Below are positions 29,322-37,868 of a stretch of DNA of 56,737 bases, piece by piece. Made by a program: the position numbers and the translations under genes. The stretch lies in the IMG/VR virus record IMGVR_UViG_3300042934_000724, positions 1-56,737 of that record. One strand, written 5' to 3'. Within the stretch, counting starts at the first letter, position 1. Each line of letters starts with the position of its first letter. The notes beneath the pieces are model-generated. The model was not told the origin of the DNA. It saw nothing but the letters and a program-made list of their open reading frames with translations, and did not search any database. This DNA comes from a virus (lineage: Duplodnaviria; Caudoviricetes).

Positions 29322-29843
29322 TCAGGCGTCCTTCGATAGTTCGTCCATCATCGCGGCCAGGGTATCGACTGTCTTGTCACCCTCTTCCGTGTCGAGATTG
29401 TAGGCCTGGCGCTCGCCCTTGATGACCTTGAGCTGGGCATCGACGCCTGCGTTGAGCGATCGGGAGAAGTCGCCGATGTTGTCTTCGTTGACCGTCATGG
29501 CCTGAAGCGCGGCGCTGAGCTTGTTCGCAATGCCTCGCCACTGAGCCAGATCAACCCGATGCGCGAGAACTACAGAGGCAACCTTGTCGGAAGCCTCCTC
29601 AATGATCTGTTCTTCGGTTACCAGTGGGTCTTGGTAACTTTCAGTGGTAACCGCGTTGGTAACCTTTCGTTTGGCTGCGGCTCTGACCTTATCCGTCAGG
29701 TCGCGCACCCAACCTTCCTTCTTCGCTCGCTTGGCAATCGCTACGTGAGAGATGTTGCTCTCTTCGGCGATTGCTCGAACTGAAAGCGACCCAGCCCGGT
29801 AGGCTCGCTCGATCGCCTCCCAGTCGGGTTGCATGGTTGTCAT
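29322..29843 (-). CDS. Terminase small subunit
   Basis: PDWEAIERAYRAG.LSVR.IA HTH, KRAKKEGW.RDL; directly upstream of TerL. Confidence 0.85.
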   Translation of the reverse strand: MTTMQPDWEAIERAYRAGSLSVRAIAEESNISHVAIAKRAKKEGWVRDLTDKVRAAAKRKVTNAVTTESYQDPLVTEEQIIEEASDKVASVVLAHRVDLAQWRGIANKLSAALQAMTVNEDNIGDFSRSLNAGVDAQLKVIKGERQAYNLDTEEGDKTVDTLAAMMDELSKDA

Positions 29844-29917
29844 AAATTTACTCTGGCACTTGAAATGATGGCCTGATGCCGGTATTGGTTAAGTTCACTC
29901 AATGCAAGGAAGTAGAT

Positions 29918-30109
29918 ATGTCTGAAACATTTAAGTTAATCGCAAACACGAACGTCTCGGGCACAGATCGCGAATCTATTCGTCGTGCAGCGGCGGTGGC
30001 CAGCGCGCTGGAGTTGATACTTGCTAGCGTGGCGAAAAGCGGCGGCTTAGAGGGCGAACTGGAAAACCTCAGCGCCTATGCGGACAAGATCGAAGCGGCA
30101 CTCAAATAG
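29918..30109 (+). CDS. Small hypothetical moron, antisense
   Basis: AAGGAAG SD, 63 aa helical. Confidence 0.6.
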   Translation: MSETFKLIANTNVSGTDRESIRRAAAVASALELILASVAKSGGLEGELENLSAYADKIEAALK

Positions 30110-30142
30110 TAAGCCTTAGTGCCGCACTCACCTGCGGCACAC

Positions 30143-30397
30143 TTACCCTTCCCCGCCGTCCAGCAGCACATCAATCAGCTTCTGCTCACCCAGGCGCACC
30201 GCACCCAAGCATTGGAGGTCGTCGCACTTGGGGCCAAGCCCGAACACAGTCACCTGCCCTTTCGGGCCAATCAGGGTCAAGGCGCCTACGGTGCATTCAG
30301 GATGAACACCGCCATCAAGGTCATCGGCGATCTTGCGCAGTGTCTTCGCAGCGTCTCGCCATCCCTCTCGCTTGAAGTCAATCAGCTTGGCGGTCAT
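30143..30397 (-). CDS. Hypothetical protein
   Basis: 84 aa, ATGA-coupled. Confidence 0.65.
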   Translation of the reverse strand: MTAKLIDFKREGWRDAAKTLRKIADDLDGGVHPECTVGALTLIGPKGQVTVFGLGPKCDDLQCLGAVRLGEQKLIDVLLDGGEG

Positions 30398-30585
30398 GCC
30401 TTCACCATGTTGTGAGTCTGTGCGTGGGCGTGTCCGTGCAGCTCGGCGACGATCAGACCCTGTGGAAGTCCGGCAGCCTTGGCCGCGTCGATGGCCTTGG
30501 CGATCGCGCTATCCAGCTCGGTCAGCGCCTTGTTGATGTCGGCGCTCAATGGAAGCGCATGACGCAGTCGCGTAACGTTGCTCAT
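30394..30585 (-). CDS. Hypothetical protein
   Basis: 63 aa, coupled to neighbours; AK.AGLPQGLIV..LHG. Confidence 0.65.
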   Translation of the reverse strand: MSNVTRLRHALPLSADINKALTELDSAIAKAIDAAKAAGLPQGLIVAELHGHAHAQTHNMVKA

Positions 30586-30815
30586 CAGCTAAATGGATCA
30601 GCAGGCTTGGCGATCGAGCGAACGAACCACATGAAGCCCTGCTGGAGATTGGTCTTTGCCAACGCCAGCAGTCGTGGGTCAACGCCTTCAATCTGGCCGA
30701 TCTGCTTGAACAGCTCACCGGCGTCAGCCTCAAGCGACTTGATGGAGTTCATGCCGTCGATTTCAGACTGGGTCAGGTCTCTGTAGCCGGTGATCTTCTT
30801 GTGCTGGTTATCCAT
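30585..30815 (-). CDS. acb2: Acb2-like anti-CBASS cyclic-nucleotide sponge
   Basis: MDNQHKKITGYRDLTQSEIDGMNSIK...ALAKTNLQQGFMWFVRSIAKP resembles Pseudomonas phage Acb2 as recalled; GAGGAG SD. Confidence 0.82.
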   Translation of the reverse strand: MDNQHKKITGYRDLTQSEIDGMNSIKSLEADAGELFKQIGQIEGVDPRLLALAKTNLQQGFMWFVRSIAKPADPFS

Positions 30816-30834
30816 TCTGCTCTCCTCGTCGCGT

Positions 30835-30874
30835 GTCGCGACACAATTTGCACTCTCGCGAAACGTGTCGCGAC
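30835..30874. repeat. 40-bp palindromic element, copy 1 (intergenic)
   Basis: GTCGCGACAC-N20-GTGTCGCGAC. Confidence 0.8.
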
Positions 30875-31141
30875 CTACTTGCTCTGACTGCGCTTGATCT
30901 GCGCGTCCACCTGGTCTGCACAGGTGTCGAGCAGGTTGATGGCTTGGTTCTTCAGTTCCCACAACTGGCCGTTGTCGGCAAGGTCTTCATCAGCCACCCG
31001 CTCACACGGCACCAGCTCAGGGGGCTCGACTCTTACCGCCGCTGTCTTTGTTACCACCGCCGGCTTTCCCGCGCAGGCCGTCAGGCAGAGGCTGAGCAGC
31101 CCAATCACGAACAGGCTTGCTGTTGCGTTTGAGTTCTTCAA
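30875..31141 (-). CDS. o-spanin lipoprotein (LysC-like), proximal lysis cassette
   Basis: Lipobox LTAC, PC...NG.L....C..QVD; overlaps the i-spanin 3' end. Confidence 0.8.
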   Translation of the reverse strand: MKNSNATASLFVIGLLSLCLTACAGKPAVVTKTAAVRVEPPELVPCERVADEDLADNGQLWELKNQAINLLDTCADQVDAQIKRSQSK

Positions 31142-31403
31142 AGTTCTTCTCCGCCTTTCTGGCTTTGGCCTGGCTGACCTGTAATCGCTTGTTCAGGTCT
31201 TTCTGGTAATCGGCGTTGCGCTGGGCTTCGGCGCGCAGAGTGGTGATTGTGGCCTGGCTTTCGAGGTTGGCGTCGACCGCCTTCTTCTTCTCGCTGGCTT
31301 CGAATGCCACCTCCCCGCGAAGAGCGACGACGCGCGACTGCTGGATCCCTATGAGGAGCAGACCGACCAGGGCGATTATGATTGCAGCAGCGAAGGCCTT
31401 CAT
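31017..31403 (-). CDS. i-spanin (LysB-like)
   Basis: N-terminal TM, coiled coil, VRDWAAQPLP motif; ATGA-coupled to the holin. Confidence 0.82.
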   Translation of the reverse strand: MKAFAAAIIIALVGLLLIGIQQSRVVALRGEVAFEASEKKKAVDANLESQATITTLRAEAQRNADYQKDLNKRLQVSQAKARKAEKNFEELKRNSKPVRDWAAQPLPDGLRGKAGGGNKDSGGKSRAP

Positions 31404-31723
31404 GGGGCATCCGCCTTGCGACCGAGGAAGCGGGTCACCAGCTCGCGAATGGCTGTCACGCCAAGGAACCCAATAGTCCCTCCCGCAGCAACCGACAGAC
31501 TGGAAGGCCAGGCCATCCACTCGATAATGCTGGACGCGACCAAGCTCAGCGATCCGCAGATCAGCGCCTCGAATACGATACGGCGCTTACTGGTTTCCTT
31601 CGCGTCGTACATGACTCGAAGCAACGATACGGTGATGGACATGATCACGCCCTGCCAGAGCGGATTGCTCAACGCCAGCCAGATCTTGGCCCATGTGTCT
31701 GGCTTGTCGGGCATGTTTGGCAT
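31400..31723 (-). CDS. Holin, lambda S family
   Basis: 107 aa, three TMs, EAL.CG, GG.IGFLGV..IR motifs. Confidence 0.88.
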   Translation of the reverse strand: MPNMPDKPDTWAKIWLALSNPLWQGVIMSITVSLLRVMYDAKETSKRRIVFEALICGSLSLVASSIIEWMAWPSSLSVAAGGTIGFLGVTAIRELVTRFLGRKADAP

Positions 31724-31982
31724 CCGGGTTGCCTCCCCCTTGGGGAGATTGATAAATCCGGCGTCCGCTGCACTCCCAGCTCGGGGCAATGGGTGTGGGG
31801 AGCCGAAAACGAAAAAGACCCCTGCGAATGCAGAGGCCCTGAATAGGTACGCGGCGACCGAAACCCGGCAGCGCATAAACAAAAAGCCCCGCACGTTGGC
31901 GAGGCTCTGAAGTGGTCGTGCGCTGGAGGTAAGTTGCGCAGTGTGGGAAAAGTACATCAAATCCCCCACCATGACAACACTT

Positions 31983-32660
31983 TTATGCCGCATCCTCTGA
32001 ATTTTCTGCGTGAATAACCTGCCACACCGGTTGCTGAGCCTGAATATCCACTTCCTCAATAGCATTTCGCAGGAAATTCCAGATGTCGAGCCAATCGCGA
32101 TCCCAGTGCTTGGGCTGGATAGCGATCCCGTACAGCTTCATCATGGCGTCAGACACTCGTGCAGGGCCCCACGCGTCACCGCCGTTCGCCTCGGCCTTGT
32201 AGGACTGCAGGGCGCAGGTAATCAGGCAATGCACCTTCGCCGCCTTGGCATCCGTCAGCGCACTAAAGTCGGTATCCGACCAGATCAGCTTCTCGGCGTT
32301 GAGCATGTGAACGACCGTCATGCACGGGTGGTAGAGATAGTGCCCCAGCTGCTGCACCTGGAACGGCAACGACTCGATCGCCTTCTGGACCTTCCCCATG
32401 GTCACCAGGTGGGCAGCTCGATGTGTCGACCGACCAATCGGCGTGCGGCGCGTCTCGGCGATGTGGATCTTCTGTCGCACGGCCTTGATGCGCTCTTCTT
32501 TGTCGTCGCCCTGGGCGGCGAAGATGATCTCTCGAAGCGCGGCCTTTTCCTTCCGGACGACAGTTGCGGATTTTGCCCGGTCAGCCGCTGCCGCACTGAT
32601 TGAGGCGTTCGACTCATGCTGTGCGTCTGTCCACGCTTGACGTGCGTTGATCAATTTCAT
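31983..32660 (-). CDS. Late antiterminator Q-like protein
   Basis: Last gene before a 260-bp gap with several terminators ahead of the holin; positional call. Confidence 0.6.
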   Translation of the reverse strand: MKLINARQAWTDAQHESNASISAAAADRAKSATVVRKEKAALREIIFAAQGDDKEERIKAVRQKIHIAETRRTPIGRSTHRAAHLVTMGKVQKAIESLPFQVQQLGHYLYHPCMTVVHMLNAEKLIWSDTDFSALTDAKAAKVHCLITCALQSYKAEANGGDAWGPARVSDAMMKLYGIAIQPKHWDRDWLDIWNFLRNAIEEVDIQAQQPVWQVIHAENSEDAA

Positions 32661-33262
32661 GCTGCCTGCCCCTTCTTCAGTTCTCGGGTCTTGGCCCGGT
32701 ATTCGGTCTTGATGGTTTTGATTTCTTCGACGGTGTACTTGCGGGGCTCATGAGGCCCTTCCAGCCAAGCAACGGTTTCGGCGCCGATGCGCTGCACCAA
32801 CCGGATGCGGTACTCGACCGCGTTACCGGACAGGTTGCGGTTGCATTTCACGCACTGACGGTGGATGTTCAGCGGTTCGAATCGCAGCTCCGGACAAGCA
32901 CCGACGGATCGGTAGTGGCCGGCGTCCCAGCGGCTGCCCGTCATGAGGCCGTTGTCGTTCGGCATCGAGTCGCAGCTGATGCACGGCAGGTGTGCGTCAC
33001 GCAGGCGGACGTACTCGTTCACGGCGGCCTGTGCTTCTCGCAGGTGATCCGCCCTGCTCTTCAGCTTCTCCTTTCGCACCTGGATCTCGCGGCGGTCGCG
33101 CTGGGCGATTGCCTTGCGGGCTTTCTCCATGTGGCGCGGTGCATCAATGGCCGCGCAGGCCGGGCTGCAAACCGCCTGCCCAATCCGCGACGGGACGAAT
33201 GAGGCCCTGCAAGTAGCGACTCGGCATTTCTTCGGTTTTGGCTGCTTCCGTTCAATCGTCAT
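32657..33262 (-). CDS. ninG: NinG/Rap endonuclease
   Basis: CSP.CA, RLRD...PCISC, WDAGHYRS, N.HRQC..CN...SGN motifs. Confidence 0.92.
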   Translation of the reverse strand: MTIERKQPKPKKCRVATCRASFVPSRIGQAVCSPACAAIDAPRHMEKARKAIAQRDRREIQVRKEKLKSRADHLREAQAAVNEYVRLRDAHLPCISCDSMPNDNGLMTGSRWDAGHYRSVGACPELRFEPLNIHRQCVKCNRNLSGNAVEYRIRLVQRIGAETVAWLEGPHEPRKYTVEEIKTIKTEYRAKTRELKKGQAA

Positions 33263-33729
33263 GCGGCCTCCTGGCTCAGCAAATCATCGAAGTACACGCC
33301 CTGCGGTGCGAAGCGCGCGACAATGCGATCGGTGTAGGCAATGCCCTGGGAACGATTAAACAGACTGGTCACCGGGAAACCGTCCGGGCCGAACAAATGG
33401 CACTCGCCCATCATGTCGAGCTTGGTTTCGTACGGGAGGTGCCGCATGACCCGGTACCACTCAGCCTGAAACCCGGCATCCTCGTTCAGCAGGATCTGCA
33501 CGCCGATGTGCAGCTTGCAGTAGCGACGGGCTTCAGCCTCATCGCCGATCTGGGTCATTTCCGCGATGCGCTTGTACATCGCGAACCACAGCCGGTTCTG
33601 GTCTAGCGTGCGGTCCTTGCCCGGGCGCAGGGATACCACGACGAACTTCTTGTCGCGGAACATGGCACTAAGACGGGTGATGGCCTCGGAGAGCTTGGCC
33701 TGGCAGTTGACGCTGATTTTGTCGGTCAT
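33259..33729 (-). CDS. NinB/YbcN-like protein
   Basis: RTLDQN.LW motif; position before ninG. Confidence 0.6.
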   Translation of the reverse strand: MTDKISVNCQAKLSEAITRLSAMFRDKKFVVVSLRPGKDRTLDQNRLWFAMYKRIAEMTQIGDEAEARRYCKLHIGVQILLNEDAGFQAEWYRVMRHLPYETKLDMMGECHLFGPDGFPVTSLFNRSQGIAYTDRIVARFAPQGVYFDDLLSQEAA

Positions 33730-33953
33730 GACTTCACCCCCGTCGACCTGCTCACCTTCACTTCCGCCTCAAGCTGGCGCATCGTCTTGCGCAGTGTCTT
33801 CAGGTCCCAGTGAAATCGCAGGTACTTCCCGATCAGGTTGACCTTCGCGGACAGAACCAGGCTGATCACCAGAAGCATCGCCGCCACCAACAGGGCGCCA
33901 CCGACCAGCATCACGCCGTACCCCAGCCACAAAGCAATTGCGTTCAGGGTCAT
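33726..33953 (-). CDS. Hypothetical membrane protein
   Basis: 75 aa with a hydrophobic N-terminus; ATGA-coupled. Confidence 0.55.
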   Translation of the reverse strand: MTLNAIALWLGYGVMLVGGALLVAAMLLVISLVLSAKVNLIGKYLRFHWDLKTLRKTMRQLEAEVKVSRSTGVKS

Positions 33954-34408
33954 GGCTGCACCCCCTTGGCCATGGCGCCGTCCACAAGTGCGTCGAGGTC
34001 TTCGCCGATCATCCCGGTAGCGTGCGGTCCGATCCACTCGACGACTTCGATGTAGCCACTGTGACCGTGCTGAAGCCAGCGGTAGCGCTCGGCATCCTTG
34101 CGCAGCGCCTCGTTCTCGGCCTTGAGTTGCTCAATCTCCTTGAGCGTCCCAGCCTTGGCATCCGCCGCTGCGGCATCGGCGATCCCCTTGACCGCTTCGG
34201 TTACAGCGGCGCGGATGATCTGGCGCTCCGGCGATGCGGAAAGGCGGTCGTTCTCTGCCAGCAGCTCCAGCGCCACCTCCTCCACGGTCTTCTCGCCAAG
34301 GAATTCCTGCAGCGCCTCGGTGTTGCGCTTCCAGTCTGCGCAGTCGGCACGGAATGACGCGGCTTCGGCCCACAGCAGCTTCTGGAGTTTTTGTTTATCA
34401 ATGCTCAT
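33950..34408 (-). CDS. Ead/Ea22-like mosaic protein
   Basis: MSIDKQKL, LELLAE, LRKDAERYRWL, LDA.VD.AM motifs. Confidence 0.7.
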   Translation of the reverse strand: MSIDKQKLQKLLWAEAASFRADCADWKRNTEALQEFLGEKTVEEVALELLAENDRLSASPERQIIRAAVTEAVKGIADAAAADAKAGTLKEIEQLKAENEALRKDAERYRWLQHGHSGYIEVVEWIGPHATGMIGEDLDALVDGAMAKGVQP

Positions 34409-35202
34409 TGAGCCGCACTCCTTGCTTCCAGTTGTTCGGCCTGCTGAATGAGCAGCGCCCGGCGATCCGCCAGCTCATTGGCTGCCTGAATTCGCATTTC
34501 TGTTTTTTCCTCGGCTGATGCTTGGCGCATGGAAAGCATGGAATCCTTCACCGCGGCGAGCCTCTCGCGCAGCTTTGGCGAAGGCCGCGCAACCTTACCG
34601 GTGAGCAGCGCTACGACGGCCCGACCGTCTTCAGTGACCGGCACGACACTCAAGTCGGCCAGGTACTGCTGAGCGCGCTCCTGAGGGATTCGCTGCATCT
34701 GCACGGCCTTGGTGATCGCCTGTGTGCGGCGGTTGGCGTCGAAGCCGACGGACACATGCCAATTGACATGCTTGTTGTCCTCCCGCGCTTGGCCGACCAA
34801 ACGCTCGTAGGCGCTATTGAACGCCATGCGCGCACCGACCTTGTCGCCGGCATCGAGGACAGATTTCGCCGCTGCGAGTGCGAGCTGGATCTCGTCGGTC
34901 AGCACCACGGTTTCGAATTCATCGTTGGTGGTCATCGCGATCGCCCAGGCTTCGTCCTTGCACGGCCGGCCGTCAGCAACCTGAACGCGCTGAAGAATGT
35001 CGGCCATTGCCAATTTGCCCTTCACCTCAAAGCGGCAGGCCTTAAGCGCGGCTTTGACAACCGGTACCGGGTAAGCACAGAGGTCTTCGGCCATGATCGC
35101 CGCAGTGCCTGGGTTCATTTCCTGACCCATGGCCTCGGCGGTGGCGCAGATCGCAGCAGCGAGCCCGGCAACTTGCTGGTCGTTCATTTCAAAGGTACTC
35201 AT
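34405..35202 (-). CDS. Replication accessory protein (P-position)
   Basis: Follows the initiator; DGRP..DEAW, ARMAF..AY.R motifs. Confidence 0.65.
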   Translation of the reverse strand: MSTFEMNDQQVAGLAAAICATAEAMGQEMNPGTAAIMAEDLCAYPVPVVKAALKACRFEVKGKLAMADILQRVQVADGRPCKDEAWAIAMTTNDEFETVVLTDEIQLALAAAKSVLDAGDKVGARMAFNSAYERLVGQAREDNKHVNWHVSVGFDANRRTQAITKAVQMQRIPQERAQQYLADLSVVPVTEDGRAVVALLTGKVARPSPKLRERLAAVKDSMLSMRQASAEEKTEMRIQAANELADRRALLIQQAEQLEARSAAQ

Positions 35203-36160
35203 TGCGCTCTCCCGCTTGGCGCTTGGCCAAGACCATTTGCGCGGCCTGCTCCGCGGCGGAGACGTTCGCTTCGGTGCGTTCCATCTGGCGCGCGGTTGTT
35301 CCGTTGATGCGCTGCCCGGTCACCCACTGGGTGTGGTAGCTCTCGGCATTGGCCAGCAGCTCGTTGAGGCTGTGGCACTTGCGGAGCACAGCGGCATCGC
35401 TGGTTTTCAGGAAGTGAGCCGCGACGTGATGAGCGACATCGGCGCCGAGGCGGTCGACCAGTTGGCCGAGCTGGCCACCGACCTTGGCGTTCCACACAGG
35501 CCAAGTGCTGTAGCGCTTGCGGTAGGCCATGGCGTAGTTCGCCCAAACCTTGAAGGTTTTGCAGGACTGGTCTTTGGGGCCCGGCATGTCAGCGGGAATC
35601 TCAACCCGTGGCGCATCGGTGCGATCAACCACCAAAACCAGATTGCGGGCCGGCTTGTCCGGGCTGCCTTGCAAGTCCTGACTGGTATCCTGATTGGTAC
35701 CCTGATGATTGGTATCCTGATTTGTCGGAGATTTTTCCGACCCTGACTCGGATTTTTCTCCGACCTTGATCGGATTTTTTTCCGAGGTAGATCGGATTTT
35801 TTTCCGACCTTCGTTCTTTGGTGGGGTCGGATATTTTTCCGACCCATCCAGTTTCTGATTCCACTCGATCGCCTTCTCGGTCAGACGAAACAGGGTGATG
35901 TTCGAAGTGCTGGAAAGCTCAATCAGACCGGCCTCTTCCAGGGCCTTCAGCATGCGATAAGCAGTGTCCGGCTTGTCGGTGAGCAGCGGCAGCTCCTCAA
36001 TGATCTTGGCCTTGCTCAGCGCGAAGAAGATCCCGTCGTCAGTCTTGATTGGCTTGGTCCAGCTCGGGCAGCCGTAGACGAAGGCGAACAGCAGGGCTTG
36101 CTGAGAATTCAGCCCCCACTCCAACGCCTTCACCTGATTGATCGTGACGGTGAATTGCAT
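35189..36160 (-). CDS. Replication initiator (O-like) containing the origin
   Basis: N-terminal wHTH (YRMLKALEEAGLIE); internal iterons. Confidence 0.85.
   Translation of the reverse strand: MQFTVTINQVKALEWGLNSQQALLFAFVYGCPSWTKPIKTDDGIFFALSKAKIIEELPLLTDKPDTAYRMLKALEEAGLIELSSTSNITLFRLTEKAIEWNQKLDGSEKYPTPPKNEGRKKIRSTSEKNPIKVGEKSESGSEKSPTNQDTNHQGTNQDTSQDLQGSPDKPARNLVLVVDRTDAPRVEIPADMPGPKDQSCKTFKVWANYAMAYRKRYSTWPVWNAKVGGQLGQLVDRLGADVAHHVAAHFLKTSDAAVLRKCHSLNELLANAESYHTQWVTGQRINGTTARQMERTEANVSAAEQAAQMVLAKRQAGERNEYL
35725..35842. repeat. Origin iterons: five TCGGA-N6-TCCGA
   Basis: Starts at 35725, 35748, 35770, 35792, 35827 with T-tract spacers; short CTGATTGGTA-like repeats at 35677-35723. Confidence 0.85.
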
Positions 36161-36161
36161 A

Positions 36162-36911
36162 TCAGGCCTCGGCCAGCTTGTACTGAGCCCAAAGGCCGGC
36201 AATCCAGTTGACGCCCTTGGGAGTGAATTTGGATTGGTTGTAGGCGTGGCCGCTGTCGCTGGTGCCGGCTTTTACTTCGAAACGGCCGGCGTCGACGTGA
36301 GGCTGGTAGGCCTGCCACTCGCCGCCCATGCGGTACATGATCTTTTTGTCGAGCAGGAACTCGCGGAAACGCGCTTCATTGGCCTTGAGCAGTTTGGCGA
36401 CCTGGCGGAAGCCTTTCAGACCGGTAGACTCAACATATTTTTCGACAAAGGCGATCTTCGGCGCAGCTTCAATAAGCGCCTGATTGGCAGCCTGCTGAAG
36501 CTCGAACTGCTCAGCCCAAGCGCGAGCGGCGGCGGCAGGATTGGAGAAGTCAGGAAGCGTTGCCAGGACGCGTGGGCGAACCTGCTCTTCGAGTTCGGTC
36601 CAGCGGCGCACCACCGCCCTTCTCATTTTGGAGCTGTAACCAGTCAGAAGGGTCTCGGTCAGCTCTTTATCCAGCAAATACTCAGTCTGCTCACGATTCA
36701 TGCTGTCCAAATAGATGTGAGCAAAATCGCTCACATCTTCTTCGAGCTCAGACGCCATTGCTTGGATGTCGCGCTTTACATCGGGATGACGCTTCCCCGT
36801 GAGTTCAGCAATTTCGCGAGACGACATGGTGGTACGCGACACGTTTTCAGAATTCGAAAAACGTGTCGCGACATTCGCGGGGGTATTGACGAGAGAAGAT
36901 TGTGTATTCAT
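36162..36911 (-). CDS. Rha-domain / KilAC antirepressor-like protein
   Basis: MSSREIAELTGKRH..V.RDI, LTGYS...R..V..RW.ELE, LP...AARAWA, PK..F, FTPKG..WI. Confidence 0.88.
   Translation of the reverse strand: MNTQSSLVNTPANVATRFSNSENVSRTTMSSREIAELTGKRHPDVKRDIQAMASELEEDVSDFAHIYLDSMNREQTEYLLDKELTETLLTGYSSKMRRAVVRRWTELEEQVRPRVLATLPDFSNPAAAARAWAEQFELQQAANQALIEAAPKIAFVEKYVESTGLKGFRQVAKLLKANEARFREFLLDKKIMYRMGGEWQAYQPHVDAGRFEVKAGTSDSGHAYNQSKFTPKGVNWIAGLWAQYKLAEA
36833..36872. repeat. 40-bp palindromic element, copy 2 (within Rha 5' end)
   Basis: TACGCGACAC-N20-GTGTCGCGAC. Confidence 0.8.
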
Positions 36912-36972
36912 TATTGCCTCGCTGAAGTAGCAATGAGCCAGGCCACGAACCTGGTTTTTTTGTGCCTGCGAT

Positions 36973-37440
36973 TTATGCGCGGGCTTTGTGCAACTCAATC
37001 ACCGCCCCGATAGCCTCAAGGCTCGCCGACATGTACTTGGCGTGCAGGGCGCGGATCTTCTTTGCTTCGTTCGAATCGATTTCGCCGTCTTCCAGGGCGG
37101 AAGCCACCATCTGGTCAAGCGCACCACGCTGTGCGGATGCAGCCAGTGAGCGCTGATACAGATCGACGTTGTCCAACTCCCCCGCTTCCGGGATCTTCAC
37201 GAACACGCCGCCGTACATCGCGCAGATGTAGTCCGGCAGGTGCTCGGTCTTCGTTTCGCTTTCCAGCACGAAGATCTCGGCATCGCTCAGCGGCTTACAC
37301 CCGGCGGTTTCATAGATCTGGTTCTCCAGGCGCTTGTCCTTGATGCCAAGGCGAGCAGCTGCGCAATCCATCCCGCCAGGAAAAGCGTTGGACACGGCCG
37401 CCATGACTTGGCGGCGGGTCTCTAGTACGGGCGTTTTCAT
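36973..37440 (-). CDS. YmfL/CII-position regulatory protein
   Basis: PGG...AAARLG...L.N..Y, GG.FV..P, ALEDGEI...E motifs. Confidence 0.75.
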   Translation of the reverse strand: MKTPVLETRRQVMAAVSNAFPGGMDCAAARLGIKDKRLENQIYETAGCKPLSDAEIFVLESETKTEHLPDYICAMYGGVFVKIPEAGELDNVDLYQRSLAASAQRGALDQMVASALEDGEIDSNEAKKIRALHAKYMSASLEAIGAVIELHKARA

Positions 37441-37558
37441 GTCCTAGTTTTTCCTTGGGTCGGTTGCGGTCAAGATTGCTTCGTCGCTGGAATGGCTTGG
37501 GGGCGCTCATATCTGGTATGAGCAAAATTCCGGACCTTTTAAGGGCGGAAGAAATGCG

Positions 37559-37762
37559 TTAAGCGGCGATCGGGTAAATATCTGGACGAAGCTCATGGCG
37601 TGGAATACCGGTGGCTTGCTCTACTGGAATAACTCGCTCAGCTGGGATGCGACCTGTTGCGCACCACTTCTGAACGTTTTGAGGCGTACAGCCAAGAACG
37701 CGAGCAAGGGCGGACTGGCTTCCTGCTGCTTCAGCTGCACGCACGGCTGCGTTCTGGTTCAT
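37559..37762 (-). CDS. cro: Cro-like repressor (YdaS family)
   Basis: GSQSALAR.LG..PQ.V.KW HTH, ELRPDIY; divergent from cI. Confidence 0.88.
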   Translation of the reverse strand: MNQNAAVRAAEAAGSQSALARVLGCTPQNVQKWCATGRIPAERVIPVEQATGIPRHELRPDIYPIAA

Positions 37763-37783
37763 AGGCACCTCTAAAATTTGGCT

Positions 37784-37858
37784 TACAACGCAAAGTTACA
37801 ACCTTTGCCAAAAAACTACAACTGAGAATTGCAATGCTGGCTACAACGACTAGTTGTA
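37784..37858. promoter_or_regulatory. OR: three 17-bp operators TACAA-N7-TT(G/A)(T/C)A, with pR
   Basis: Operators at 37784-37800, 37817-37833, 37842-37858; minus-strand TTGTAG-17-TAACTT; cI ATG has no SD (possibly leaderless). Confidence 0.75.
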
Positions 37859-37868
37859 AAGTGTCTCT

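Noticed and set aside
31712-31723. Holin dual-start motif (M-P-N-M)
   Set aside because: No basic residue between the two Met codons, so an antiholin cannot be supported
35677-35842. Regularly spaced palindromic repeats resembling a CRISPR array
   Set aside because: 16-bp units with mostly 6-7 bp gaps inside the initiator gene are origin iterons; no cas genes
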